Below are positions 38,145 to 48,196 of a stretch of DNA of 64,000 nt, piece by piece. The stretch is from Kiritimatiellia bacterium (GTDB lineage Bacteria > Verrucomicrobiota > Kiritimatiellia > JAAZAB01). The translations under genes were made by a program, and so were the position numbers. The stretch is taken from contig JAXGPF010000003.1 of assembly GCA_040767085.1 (NCBI GenBank), positions 448,001-512,000 on the forward strand. The letters are read 5' to 3'. The notes under the pieces were generated by a model that was not told the DNA's origin, did not search any database, and was given only the letters and a program-made list of their open reading frames with translations. The number at the start of each line of letters is the position of its first letter. Within the stretch, counting starts at the first letter, position 1.

Positions 38145-39678
38145 GTTTCCTCACCAGAATTTGTGGGTGATTACCGGTTCGGGCAATTGCCCAAGGGTAT
38201 GATATAGCGCCATTTCCGCGCCATGAAAAGTTCTGAAGCCATAAGATCGTTTGGTAACCACTCGAGCTTTATTGTTCAAGCCCTCGGTTGCGCCAGTAAA
38301 AACCTCGTTTCTGGCTCTGATCCAGTTCAAAAGCAGCTCCTCGTGTTTAGCAATGGTTTTAGCCGCCTTAATGATTGGCGCAATGCGGCTACGACAGGCG
38401 CGCTTGACCCATGCCTGGAGATAATTACGCGCCCAGGTTGGGCTGTGATAGCTCCAAAAATGCTGAAAGCTTTCCTTGAACAAATAGGCGCGGCCGGTTT
38501 GCAGTCTTGTGCCCAATATCCGATCAAGCATTTCGCGAGCTTTGCCGCGCACGCGGGTTTTGCGGCGCAGCAAGGTCCAGCGCATTTTCTTGAGTTTTTG
38601 CTTGGCCGCCGGACGCGCTGTCATCGCCGCCATATCCCGGCGCCGGACCTCGTCCACGGCGGCATTCAAGGTTTGCACGACATGGAAGCGGTCAATCATG
38701 TGGCAACCGTGGCTGAGGCTCGCAGCAATGACTTTCAGATAAGGTCGCCACATATCGCTACATATATGTCGAATGCCGGCCAGCACGGGTTTTCCCAAAG
38801 ATTGCAACCCTTTACGCAGCGCGGCCGCCCGGCGGGTTTGGCCGACCCAGAGCAATCGGCGGCATTGCGCATCAATCTGATAGATCAAGGTCAGATAGTT
38901 CTTGCTCTTTTTACCGTTGCCTACGTGGAGTTCATCAACACCAATCGCCGTTATATTGGCCAATTCCCGGTGCGCCAAGCCCCATTCCACCATCCACTCG
39001 ACCGACCGATAAACCGCCTGCCAACTGACTTTGAAAATCAGCGCCGTCTCTTTCCAGGACAACCTCCGCGCCCAGTTCCCCAAAAAAAGCATCAGCGCCT
39101 TGCTGTAGGGTCGTTTGCCATCGCTCCAAGGCAGCGCTTCCACCACCACGCCATGTTCGGGGCAATTTACCCGGCGCGGACTATAATGCAAAAAAGCCGG
39201 CACATTCAAAATGGGCACAAACGCCCATATCCGTTCAGGCAGAGTGTCGTATGTCGCCAGCGGTCGCCCGCAACGCGAGCAGCATGCCGCGCGTTGGCGA
39301 TGCGGACGAATGCTTATATCCACTTTCCATTGGCCGCGACGATCCAAAACCATACAAGTTTCCTGATAAATAAAACGTTTCAAAGGTTGCAAACGATTCA
39401 AAATTGTTTTAAGTTTCACCTTGGGCTGGTCCTCCTTTTTTTGTGTTCACCCATTGCATACGCAATGGATTACGGAAAGGCCAGCCTATTTTTTTGCCGC
39501 CGCTTTATCTCCGTTCCGCCATCGCGCCAATCAGGAGTTATTAATCAGGCTGCTGCGGGGCCGCCAAACGCCCAAAGCGGCAGGCTGTTAATAACTCCAC
39601 CATCTTTTGGCGCCATTGCTTGGAGAACTTCTTAAACTTTAAAACCTGTTTTTTACCCACAAATTCTGGTTAGGAGCC
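38145..39678 (-). mobile_element. ISL3 family insertion sequence, 1534 bp, with an 8-bp target-site duplication
   Basis: Inverted repeats GTTTCCTCACCAGAATTTGTGGGT and (reverse complement) GGCTCCTAACCAGAATTTGTGGGT; ATATTTTT flanks both sides (38137-38144, 39679-39686). Confidence 0.95.
38151..39419 (-). CDS. ISL3 family transposase (intact ORF)
   Basis: CSRC...RRVNCPEHG zinc finger, IGVDE, CSDMWRPY, DRFHVV, EGLNNKARVVTKRSYGFR. Confidence 0.95.
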   Translation of the reverse strand: MKLKTILNRLQPLKRFIYQETCMVLDRRGQWKVDISIRPHRQRAACCSRCGRPLATYDTLPERIWAFVPILNVPAFLHYSPRRVNCPEHGVVVEALPWSDGKRPYSKALMLFLGNWARRLSWKETALIFKVSWQAVYRSVEWMVEWGLAHRELANITAIGVDELHVGNGKKSKNYLTLIYQIDAQCRRLLWVGQTRRAAALRKGLQSLGKPVLAGIRHICSDMWRPYLKVIAASLSHGCHMIDRFHVVQTLNAAVDEVRRRDMAAMTARPAAKQKLKKMRWTLLRRKTRVRGKAREMLDRILGTRLQTGRAYLFKESFQHFWSYHSPTWARNYLQAWVKRACRSRIAPIIKAAKTIAKHEELLLNWIRARNEVFTGATEGLNNKARVVTKRSYGFRTFHGAEMALYHTLGQLPEPVITHKFW

Positions 39679-40722
39679 ATATTTTTTAAAGAACGCCGTG
39701 GATTTATTCCCGCCCCAGGCATGAGGGCCGGGATGGAGATCGAGTTCCAGGCGGTCGCACGCGCCCGCGGCGCGATAAATGGCCTTCAACCGCTGAAAAC
39801 ACTGCATGGCCGTGTCAATTTTGAAGCAGGCGTCATTGGCGCCGATATCAACCAACAACGGGCGCGGCGCCAGCAGCCCCTGCAGGTCGGGCAGATTGAC
39901 CAGCTTGAACAGTCCCGGGGCCACCTGCATGCCGCAGTAATTGATGTCGCGGATGCCGAACGCCTCCCACAAGTCGCTGTAACAAATGATTTCCGCGGCT
40001 TGGAAACGCGCGTCGCAGAGCGCCATCCAGAGCGCCATCGTGCCGCCGCCGCTCAATCCCATGACGCCCAGGCGCCGGCCGTCCACCTGGGGCAGGCCGG
40101 CGACAAAGTCGGTGGCGGCCCGGCCGTGCGCCACGTTGATAGCGAGGGAAGTTGTGCCCAGCATGGTGGCGTGCAGGTAGTAGAGGTTGCACCAGTCGCG
40201 GCCGCCGGCCACCGCCAGGTGGTTGGGCTTGCGGGCGTCGTTGCGTTCGCCAAATCCGATCCAATCCAGGGAGTAGGTGACAAACCCCTGCTGCGCCATC
40301 ACTTCCCCGTAATTATAGCGGCTATTGGCGATGGCCTGGCGCAGATCGGGATCGGAATCGTTGCCCATGACCGGCTCCTTGCCGTGGGGGCCATGGCCAT
40401 GGCTGCACAGGATGGCCGGACGTTTTTCGCGTTTTTTCAGGCCCTGCGGCAGGTTGACCAGCACCGTGGCCGCCAGGTGTTTTTGGACATCAATGATCCA
40501 TTTCTGCCGGACCAGGCCCTTGTCCTCCCACTGCGCCACCAAGGTCGGATTTAATTTCACCCGCCGCGGAAAATCACCCAGCGTCCCCAGGACCTGCGGA
40601 AGGGCGTGCTTGCGCCAGGCGCGGAAATCATCCCGGGTCCGGCCGCGGAAAGCGCACGCCGGCCGGTGTTCCGCAGCCCACGCGGCGAACATTTTCTGCG
40701 GGCTTAAATTACGCGCATGCAT
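39670..40722 (-). CDS. Alpha/beta hydrolase (dienelactone hydrolase / acetyl esterase-like)
   Basis: PAILCSHGHG, DWIGFGER, LGVMGLSGGG nucleophile elbow, LLAPRPLL, HPGPH; stop codon supplied by the ISL3 end. Confidence 0.88.
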   Translation of the reverse strand: MHARNLSPQKMFAAWAAEHRPACAFRGRTRDDFRAWRKHALPQVLGTLGDFPRRVKLNPTLVAQWEDKGLVRQKWIIDVQKHLAATVLVNLPQGLKKREKRPAILCSHGHGPHGKEPVMGNDSDPDLRQAIANSRYNYGEVMAQQGFVTYSLDWIGFGERNDARKPNHLAVAGGRDWCNLYYLHATMLGTTSLAINVAHGRAATDFVAGLPQVDGRRLGVMGLSGGGTMALWMALCDARFQAAEIICYSDLWEAFGIRDINYCGMQVAPGLFKLVNLPDLQGLLAPRPLLVDIGANDACFKIDTAMQCFQRLKAIYRAAGACDRLELDLHPGPHAWGGNKSTAFFKKYGS

Positions 40723-40754
40723 AGATGGCGGATGGCGGCATTCCCGGAACGCAG

Positions 40755-43460
40755 TTACAGCCCGACGCTGACGCGGCCGCGCGGGAATTCGGTGAACCAG
40801 AACTGCAGCCAGACCTCGTAGTCGTCGTCTTCCCATTCGTAACCCAATTCCACGGCCACGCAATCAATCGTGCGGCGGATTGAAATGCCCCAGGCTTCCA
40901 TCTCGCTTTCCTCGAATTCGTAGCGGGTGAAGGCCTTGTAACCCCAGTTGATGAAGGGATTGATCCGCAGTTCCGCGTTCAACAGATTGTTGGCATCCAG
41001 GCGGTAGCGGTGTTCCAACTCGCAGGACCAGAAAGTGTGCTCTTCCCAGATCAGGCGGGTATTCAAGGCCTTCAATTCCGACTCGTACTGATCGTACCGG
41101 CCGTCAACCCGGACATCCACCCAGTCCCATGGCTCGGAGCGGACATCGAAGAAAAAGTCGTCGAAATCCTCCTCGCCCACCTGAGGATCGAGCCGGTAAT
41201 ACGTCCAGAGATCCGCGTTGATGAGATCGTAGATCTCGCGGCGCTTGGTCTGGATCTTGTTGCGCAAGCCGAGCTTGATGTCATTGCGCCGGTCCAATTC
41301 ATCCAGTTCGTCGAACTGGTAGAGGTCGGCCGGCCGCAGATTGGGTTCGGGAATATAGGTATAGTCGGCGTAAGGTTCGACAATGTGCCGCAGGTTGTTG
41401 ATGAAATCGCCCGGATGCGTCTGCCAGACCTTGAAGGCCTTGAAGGAGGATTCCAGGCCCAATTCGTACAAATTGCGGAAATCGGCGTCCAGTTCGCGCA
41501 TGTAGCGGTTGGTGGAAACGGTGGAGACGGCGACCCCGTTTGTGCCGACCGAGGTGTTGGTGGCGACCACGCGGTAGTCTTCCTTGGTATGGGAATAATA
41601 AGTGCCGCGGTAGCCGGCGCGGGGAATCAGGTTGAGGAAGCCGAAGAATTTCACCGGATAGTTGACGGAGTGCCCGGTATGGATGCGGCCGGCGGAATAA
41701 TCCTGCTGGTTGGTGGCGTTCTCCTCCCAGACTTTCTCCAGGTAGGCGGCGGAGTTTTCGCTTTCGTAGTAGAAGCGGCTGTCTCCGATTTCCTGCCGGG
41801 TGATGTCGAAATTGACTTCCGGCACGCGGTCCACGGCCGTGTAGAAATCGTTGAAGCGTTTCTGGGCCTGGATGCTGAGCGAATAATTCTCCGTGCGGTG
41901 GCCAAGGACGAGATAATTCTCGGGCTCGGGATAAGTCTTGTATTCCTCGCGGAAAAACTGCTGGATCACCTTGGGATCGCTGAGGTAATTCGCCTGCAAC
42001 AGCAGGTAATCGTTGTCGGTAAACGACTGGTTATGGTACAGGCGCAGGCGGTAGCGGTCCTCGTCGAGGGGATAGGCCTGTTCCTTGCCTTCGTCCGGCC
42101 GGGAATCGCCGGTGTAATAAGTGATCAGATCGCCAAACCACCGGTCATCGTTGGCCTCCATTTCATCCAGACTGCGGTACCGGCGGCCGACATTCCAGAT
42201 ATCGGTGATTTCCTCGTCGTCATCGTCGGATTCATAACGCTCCGTGGACAGGCCGCGGGCGTTGCCGCTGGAACTCCACATCAGATCCTGGCCGACGCCT
42301 AAACCGCGGCGGGTGCGGACGTCCACGTGAGTGGTGGCTTCCAGATGGCGCGCGAGGCGGTAATTCAGGGCGGTCAGAACGAACAGGCCCATGCGGCTGT
42401 TATAGCCCGGCACGATGCTGATGAAGTTGCGGGTGCCGATATTCTGGAACCAGAATGGGAAATAGAAGACGGGGATGCCGCCCATGTACATCACCACGTG
42501 ATAGGCGCGGACGGAATGGTTGGGGATGATGCGGGCGGTTTTGGCCCGCAAGTACACCGCCGGGTCATCGCCCTCGCAGGTGGTGAAGCTGGCGTCGCTC
42601 AGCAGGAATTCATCGCCGGTGGTTCTCTGGGACGATTTGGCGTTGACGTAGAACGGCGCGAGGAAGGCCCGGAATTCGCCGAAGTCGCCGCGCTTGGACT
42701 GGAAGTTGTAGCTCAGGCGGTCGCCCACCCAGGTATCGTTGCCGCGCTGGAAAGCCACGCGGCCATCGGCCATCACATCCTGGGATTGCAGGTTGACCAC
42801 GGCGTAATCGCTGCGCAGGACTTCATCGTCCTTGCGCACGACGACATTGCCGGTGGCGATCATGATGTCCTTTTCATGCTCGAAATCCAGGCTGTCAGCC
42901 TTGACGTCCAACGGCTGGACATGGCGGCGGGCCAACTCGTCGGGGTAAGCGTCCTCCAGCAAGGCGCGGTTAAGTTGCACCAGGGCGGCGCCGCGGGGGG
43001 CGGTTTTCAGCAATTTACGGGTAGCCGGGCTGAGGGCAACCCCTTCAAAGCGCTGGGGGTCATAGAGATTGCCGGCGCGCATCTGGCGGTTAAGGTCGTT
43101 CACCACCGCCTGGGACAAGGCGGAGGGCGGCGGGACGGATGCGTCGCCATAGGCGCCGAGCATGCGGCGGGTGGCGGGCGCGCAATGATCGCGCAAGTAC
43201 CGGGAAAGCGGATCGCGCGCCAGGCGCAGGCGGGTCAGCAGCCCGGCAGGGTCGCGGACGTCCCCGGGCTCCAGCAATTCGGTCATTTCGCTGTGCACGG
43301 TTGCCGGCGCGGCGGCCAGGCCGGTCTCCTCCGGCACGGCCGGGGGAGCGGCCCCGGCGCCGCAGGCCAGCAGGCCGGCGGCCGCCAAAGACGCCGCGTC
43401 GCGCCAAAACGCGGCGCGGCCGCCGGCGGACCGGCGCCAATGCATATGTCGTTTATCCAT
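40755..43460 (-). CDS. lptD: LPS-assembly protein LptD (OstA-like domain plus beta-barrel) with an extra N-terminal domain
   Basis: VKADSLDF...ATGNVVV, ASFTTC, PVFYFPF, PGYNSRMG, LRHIVEP...Y.YIP, LYQFDELD; start codon uncertain. Confidence 0.85.
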   Translation of the reverse strand: MDKRHMHWRRSAGGRAAFWRDAASLAAAGLLACGAGAAPPAVPEETGLAAAPATVHSEMTELLEPGDVRDPAGLLTRLRLARDPLSRYLRDHCAPATRRMLGAYGDASVPPPSALSQAVVNDLNRQMRAGNLYDPQRFEGVALSPATRKLLKTAPRGAALVQLNRALLEDAYPDELARRHVQPLDVKADSLDFEHEKDIMIATGNVVVRKDDEVLRSDYAVVNLQSQDVMADGRVAFQRGNDTWVGDRLSYNFQSKRGDFGEFRAFLAPFYVNAKSSQRTTGDEFLLSDASFTTCEGDDPAVYLRAKTARIIPNHSVRAYHVVMYMGGIPVFYFPFWFQNIGTRNFISIVPGYNSRMGLFVLTALNYRLARHLEATTHVDVRTRRGLGVGQDLMWSSSGNARGLSTERYESDDDDEEITDIWNVGRRYRSLDEMEANDDRWFGDLITYYTGDSRPDEGKEQAYPLDEDRYRLRLYHNQSFTDNDYLLLQANYLSDPKVIQQFFREEYKTYPEPENYLVLGHRTENYSLSIQAQKRFNDFYTAVDRVPEVNFDITRQEIGDSRFYYESENSAAYLEKVWEENATNQQDYSAGRIHTGHSVNYPVKFFGFLNLIPRAGYRGTYYSHTKEDYRVVATNTSVGTNGVAVSTVSTNRYMRELDADFRNLYELGLESSFKAFKVWQTHPGDFINNLRHIVEPYADYTYIPEPNLRPADLYQFDELDELDRRNDIKLGLRNKIQTKRREIYDLINADLWTYYRLDPQVGEEDFDDFFFDVRSEPWDWVDVRVDGRYDQYESELKALNTRLIWEEHTFWSCELEHRYRLDANNLLNAELRINPFINWGYKAFTRYEFEESEMEAWGISIRRTIDCVAVELGYEWEDDDYEVWLQFWFTEFPRGRVSVGL

Positions 43461-43564
43461 ATTACAGCCGACCTGAACGCCGGGGAGGGCCGGCGTGACT
43501 TTTTGCGACATAGAACAGCTTGTGTTTCTAGCACAGCCGCCGGAGAAAACCAAGCTTAATTCCA

Positions 43565-45187
43565 TCAACCGCCGTTTTTTCGTTCCGGCGGGTTTTTCAC
43601 GGCCGGGCCGGTATGGGAAAAGAGCACCTCGTTGGTCACGGCATCGGCCACGGTGATTTCCTCGATATGGCAATTGGGGTCGGCGCGGAACCGGAGCCGG
43701 CCGCTGAACTTGTTCTGCATGGTCAGCAGCAACTCTTCATCCTCTTCGCGCAGCCTGGTCAGGATGGCGGGATTGATGACGATGCGCAGTTCCGGCACCG
43801 GCTGCGAGCGTTCGCGATACTGGCGCAGGATGGCCATCAAGCGGCGCTGGATTTCGACGCTCATGTTCAGCGGCGATTTGACGCTGCCGCGCCCGGCGCA
43901 ATACGGACAATCCATGTACATGGTGGCCTCGATGCTTTCATCCACCCGCTGGCGGGTCATTTCGATCAGCCCCAGCGGGGAAATCGGCAGCACGTTGGTG
44001 CGGGCCCGATCCTTGCGCAAGGCTTCCTTCAGCGCCTGGTAAATGGCGTTGCGGTGTTTTTTATGGCGCATGTCAATCAGGTCGATCACCACCAGCCCGC
44101 CGACGTTGCGCAGGCGCAATTGCCGGGCCACCTCCTGGACGGCCTCGGTATTGACCTGCAGGATGGTCTCGTCCTGGTTGGAGGCGCCGCGATGCTGGCC
44201 GGTGTTGACATCCACGGCGATCAGCGCCTCGGTCTCATCGAAGACCAGGCAGCCGCCGGATTTCAGCATAACCTTGCGCCGGAAGGCGTCGGCCAACTGG
44301 CGTTCGACGTCGTACTGCTCGAAGATCGGCCGGCTGCCCTCGTAAAGCTTGATGCGGTTGCGCATCCGGCGGGAAATATTCGCGAGGATATCGCGCACGC
44401 GCGCGTAATCCTCCGGCGAGTCGATGACAATACTGTCGATATCCTCAGTGACGGAGTCGCGCACCACGCGTTCCACCAGGTCCGGCTCCTGGTAGAGGCA
44501 GGCCGGGGGGCGCTTGGTTTCGTTGGCGGAACTGATGGCGCTCCAGGTGGCCAGCAGGCCGCGCAAATCGCGCACGAACCCGGTGCTGCTGACCCCGGCG
44601 CCGGCCGTGCGGATGATCAGGCCGCAGCCATCCGGCACCGGCAGCCGGACGAGGATTTTTTTCAGGCGCTTGCGCTCCTTTTCATCCTCGATTTTTTTGG
44701 AAATGCCGCGCAGCTTGCTGCCCGGCATCAACACAAAATAACGGCTGGGGATGCTGAGGCTGGCGGTGGCGCGCGGGCCCTTGGTGCCGATCGGGCCCTT
44801 GGAAATCTGGACGATGATCTGGGAGCCGACGGCAAAATGGCGGGAAATTTCCTCGCGGGTGAACTGCCGGCGGCGGGTGATGGTGCGTCCCTGTTCCTCG
44901 CCCTCGGCCGCGGCCAACCGGCTCAAATCCTCCGGGAACATGTCCCAGTAATGGATGAAGGCGTTTTTCTTCATGCCAATATCGATAAAGGCGGCCTGCA
45001 AGCCATCCTCCAGGTTCTGCACCACGCCCTTGAAAACGCTGCCGACAATCCGGCTGGCGGTGGGATGTTCGACCTTGTATTCCTCCATCCGGCCGTTTTC
45101 CATCACGGCGACGCGCGACTCAAGGCTTTCCACGCTGACGATGATTTCCTTCTTGTTGGCGGTCTTCCTGCGGCGAAATCCAAACAT
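43565..45187 (-). CDS. rng: Rne/Rng family ribonuclease (RNase G-like)
   Basis: LQAAFIDIG, VQISKGPIGTKGPR, GLIIRT, LKSGG.LVFDETEALIAVDVNTG, RQLRLRNVGGLVVIDLIDM, GLIEMTRQR, CPYCAGRG. Confidence 0.93.
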   Translation of the reverse strand: MFGFRRRKTANKKEIIVSVESLESRVAVMENGRMEEYKVEHPTASRIVGSVFKGVVQNLEDGLQAAFIDIGMKKNAFIHYWDMFPEDLSRLAAAEGEEQGRTITRRRQFTREEISRHFAVGSQIIVQISKGPIGTKGPRATASLSIPSRYFVLMPGSKLRGISKKIEDEKERKRLKKILVRLPVPDGCGLIIRTAGAGVSSTGFVRDLRGLLATWSAISSANETKRPPACLYQEPDLVERVVRDSVTEDIDSIVIDSPEDYARVRDILANISRRMRNRIKLYEGSRPIFEQYDVERQLADAFRRKVMLKSGGCLVFDETEALIAVDVNTGQHRGASNQDETILQVNTEAVQEVARQLRLRNVGGLVVIDLIDMRHKKHRNAIYQALKEALRKDRARTNVLPISPLGLIEMTRQRVDESIEATMYMDCPYCAGRGSVKSPLNMSVEIQRRLMAILRQYRERSQPVPELRIVINPAILTRLREEDEELLLTMQNKFSGRLRFRADPNCHIEEITVADAVTNEVLFSHTGPAVKNPPERKNGG

Positions 45188-45203
45188 AAATCCTTCCCTT
45201 TCG

Positions 45204-46385
45204 TTAATTCCGTTCTCCTCTGATATATACACTTTGCACGATTCCGAGCGCGCTCATGGCGCCAACCATGAACGTGCCGCCATAGCTCAGCAGCGGCAGC
45301 GGCAGCCCGGTGATCGGCAAAAGACCGATGGTCATGGCGATATTGACAAACACATGGCAGAAAATCAGCGCGGTAATTCCGGCGCACAGCAGGCGGCCGA
45401 TCCGGTCGGGCGCGGCAAGCGCGGCGCGCAAGCCGCCGTAGACGATCACGGCCATGAGGCTCAGCACGGCCAGCGACCCCGCAAAGCCCTTTTCCTCGGC
45501 GATCACCGAAAAGATGAAATCGTTGGGGGCGACCGTGCGCGGCAGGAATCCCAGAATGTTCTGGGTGCCCTGCTGGAAGCCCTTCCCCCAGAGCCGGCCG
45601 GAGCCGACGGCAATTTGCGACTGGGCCTTGTTCCAGCCCGCGTCCAGCGGGTCGGCATCGCGCTTCAGAAAGACCATGACGCGATTTTTCTGGTAGGCGC
45701 TGATGCCGCAGCGTTCCAGTAAAATTTCATGGCGCGCCTCATCCCAACCGAGCGCCGGCGGCGCCAGCAACAGGATCAGGACCGCCGCCAATGCCAGCGC
45801 GCCGGCGCCGGCAAGTCCCCAGAGGGTCCGGGCCGGCACGCCGGCCGCCAGCATGACGCTGCCCAGCACCGGCAACAGGACCAGGGCGGTGCCCAGGTCC
45901 GGCTGGGAAGCGATCAGGAAGAACGGCGCCAGGGTCAGCCCCAGCCCGAGCAGCACCAGCCGGCGGTGGCGGGGGTTGCGGGCCGGCGCGCCGAAGAGGC
46001 GGGCCAGCGCCAGGATCAGCCCCAGTTTGGCGAACTCCGCCGGCTGCAACAGGCGCACGCCGGCGAATTGAATCCAGCGGCGGGCGCCGGAAATCCTTAC
46101 GCCGACGCCCGGGACGAACACCAGCAGCAGGAGCGCCAGCCCCAGAAAGTAGAGCCACCAGGCGCGGTGATACCAATGGTGGTAGTCGGTGAAAGCGAAT
46201 CCCAGGAAACATGCGATCCCCAGGCCGGCCCAGAGCATTTGTTTCAGGTACAGCGTTTGATAGGCCGCGCTCTGGGACTGGCCGGCGCTGAAGATAAACG
46301 CCACGCCGATGCCCAGGAGCAGGGTGACGGCCAGCACGACGCTCCAATCCATCCGCCTGAATAATATGCCCAGCCGGCGCATCAT
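45204..46385 (-). CDS. rodA: Rod shape-determining SEDS protein RodA
   Basis: GARRWI, QPAEFAK, QPDLGTA, QSQIAVGSG, DFIFSVIAEE, PITGLPLPLLSYGG; follows PBP2. Confidence 0.95.
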   Translation of the reverse strand: MMRRLGILFRRMDWSVVLAVTLLLGIGVAFIFSAGQSQSAAYQTLYLKQMLWAGLGIACFLGFAFTDYHHWYHRAWWLYFLGLALLLLVFVPGVGVRISGARRWIQFAGVRLLQPAEFAKLGLILALARLFGAPARNPRHRRLVLLGLGLTLAPFFLIASQPDLGTALVLLPVLGSVMLAAGVPARTLWGLAGAGALALAAVLILLLAPPALGWDEARHEILLERCGISAYQKNRVMVFLKRDADPLDAGWNKAQSQIAVGSGRLWGKGFQQGTQNILGFLPRTVAPNDFIFSVIAEEKGFAGSLAVLSLMAVIVYGGLRAALAAPDRIGRLLCAGITALIFCHVFVNIAMTIGLLPITGLPLPLLSYGGTFMVGAMSALGIVQSVYIRGERN

Positions 46386-48196
46386 ATCGATTCCTCCGGC
46401 ACTTGAAACAGGGAACAAAGCAACTGGCGCATGCGCGGCCCGACCTCGGCGCCGCCGGCCGTGCCGATTTCCTCCACCACCATGGCCACCGCGTACCGCG
46501 GATGCTCGAAGGGCGCAAAGGCGATCATCCAGCCATGTTTGCGGCCATCCTGCTTGCGTCCGTATTCGGCCGTGCCGGTCTTGCCGGCAACGCTCACCCC
46601 GGGCACCTGCCCCCGCCGGCCCGTGCCGGCGGAGCCCTGGACGACGTCCAGCATGCCGGCCCGCACCAGGTCCAGATTCCCCGGACGCCAGTTGATTTTG
46701 CGGACCATCACCGGCGGCTCTTCTTGAAAACCGGCGGACAATGTCCGCCGCCGGCCGAGCACCAGGCGCGGGCGGTACACAAACCCGCCGTTGGCGATCG
46801 CCGCCGTTACCACGGCCATCTGCAGGGGCGTGACCAGCAAGGCGCCCTGGCCGATGGCGATGTTGCAGGTATCGCCCTCCCGCCAGCCTTCGCCGCGCGC
46901 CTGCTGTTTCCAGGCCCGGCCGGGCAGCAGGCCGGCCGCCTCGGCCTCGGCGGCAATGCCGGTCCGCCGGCCCAATCCCAGCATCCGGGAGGTTGCCTGG
47001 ATGGCATCAATCCCGCACATCAGGCCGGCCTGGTAAAAAAACACATTGCAGGAAACTTCCAGGGAGCGGCGCAAGTTCACCACGCCGTGGACATGCCCTT
47101 GGTAGCATGCAAAGGTCTGGTTGCCCAGTTTGAAAGATCCCGGGCAATCCACCGTGAAAGCGGCATTGATTACGCCTTGCTCCAACGCCGCCAAGCCCAC
47201 CACCGGCTTGAAAATACTGCCCGGGGGATAGGTGCCGCCCAGCGCGCGATTCACGAGAGGCTTATCAGGATCCGCCAGCAGGCGGGACCAGACCGTCCGC
47301 GTCAATGTGGGGCAGAACCAGTTGGGGTCAATCCCGGGAGAACTGGCCAGGGCCAGCACGTCGCCGTTCGCCGGGTCCAGCACCACCGCCGCGCCCGCCA
47401 CGCCCTCCAAGGCGCGTTCCGCCGCGCGCTGGATATCCAGCGCCAGGGTCAGGGTCAAGTCGCCGCCCGGCACGGCCGGGCGGGCGCCGATTTCATCGTG
47501 CCGGAATCCGGCCACATCCACCCGCACCAGTTGCCCGCCCGCCCGGCCGGAAAGGAACTCGTCAAAGCGCCGTTCAAGTCCGGCGCGGCCCGCCAAATCC
47601 GGCAGGTAATAATGGTAGTTTTCCTCGTCATCCACATGCTCCAATTTGCCTACATACCCCAGTAAATGGCCGGCCGCCGCCCCTTGCGGGTACACGCGCT
47701 CGAAATCCACGACAAGGTCCACCGCCCGCAGGCCGGCGCCCGCCTCCGCCAGGCGCGCCATTTCCCGCTGGTCCAGATTGCGCCAGGCCACCAGCGGCAG
47801 CGCGCGGCGGTAGAAAAGGTGTTCCTCGATTTGCCGGTCGGAAACCGGCGAAGCCATACCGGTCAAGCCGGCCACCTGGTCCAGCAGCCGCCGGACGGCG
47901 CGCACGGTCTTGCCCTGCCGCCCGGCCTGGCGGAGTTCCTCCAGGTAGACGGCAATGCCATACCCGGGGCGATTGTCGGCCAGACAAACCCCGTTGCGGT
48001 CGAAAATGCGGCCGCGCACACCGGGAATGCGCACCCGGCGGACGGATTGCCGTTCCAGGCTGACCTCATACTGCGAGCCCAGCCCCAATTGCATGCGCCA
48101 GAGCGCCAGCAGCAACAGCAGCAGGCCGGCGAACATGCCCGACCAAAGCCACAGCAGGCGCCGCATTTCATGTTTTGTCAAAGATACCGAACTCAT
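46382..48196 (-). CDS. mrdA: Penicillin-binding protein 2
   Basis: RGRIFDRNG, YPPGSIFK (SxxK), SCN, AIGQG...TPLQ, AGKTGTAE. Confidence 0.95.
   Translation of the reverse strand: MSSVSLTKHEMRRLLWLWSGMFAGLLLLLLALWRMQLGLGSQYEVSLERQSVRRVRIPGVRGRIFDRNGVCLADNRPGYGIAVYLEELRQAGRQGKTVRAVRRLLDQVAGLTGMASPVSDRQIEEHLFYRRALPLVAWRNLDQREMARLAEAGAGLRAVDLVVDFERVYPQGAAAGHLLGYVGKLEHVDDEENYHYYLPDLAGRAGLERRFDEFLSGRAGGQLVRVDVAGFRHDEIGARPAVPGGDLTLTLALDIQRAAERALEGVAGAAVVLDPANGDVLALASSPGIDPNWFCPTLTRTVWSRLLADPDKPLVNRALGGTYPPGSIFKPVVGLAALEQGVINAAFTVDCPGSFKLGNQTFACYQGHVHGVVNLRRSLEVSCNVFFYQAGLMCGIDAIQATSRMLGLGRRTGIAAEAEAAGLLPGRAWKQQARGEGWREGDTCNIAIGQGALLVTPLQMAVVTAAIANGGFVYRPRLVLGRRRTLSAGFQEEPPVMVRKINWRPGNLDLVRAGMLDVVQGSAGTGRRGQVPGVSVAGKTGTAEYGRKQDGRKHGWMIAFAPFEHPRYAVAMVVEEIGTAGGAEVGPRMRQLLCSLFQVPEESI

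Noticed and set aside
38223-39635. 470-aa + strand ORF
   Set aside because: Antisense shadow of the ISL3 transposase; no recognisable motifs.
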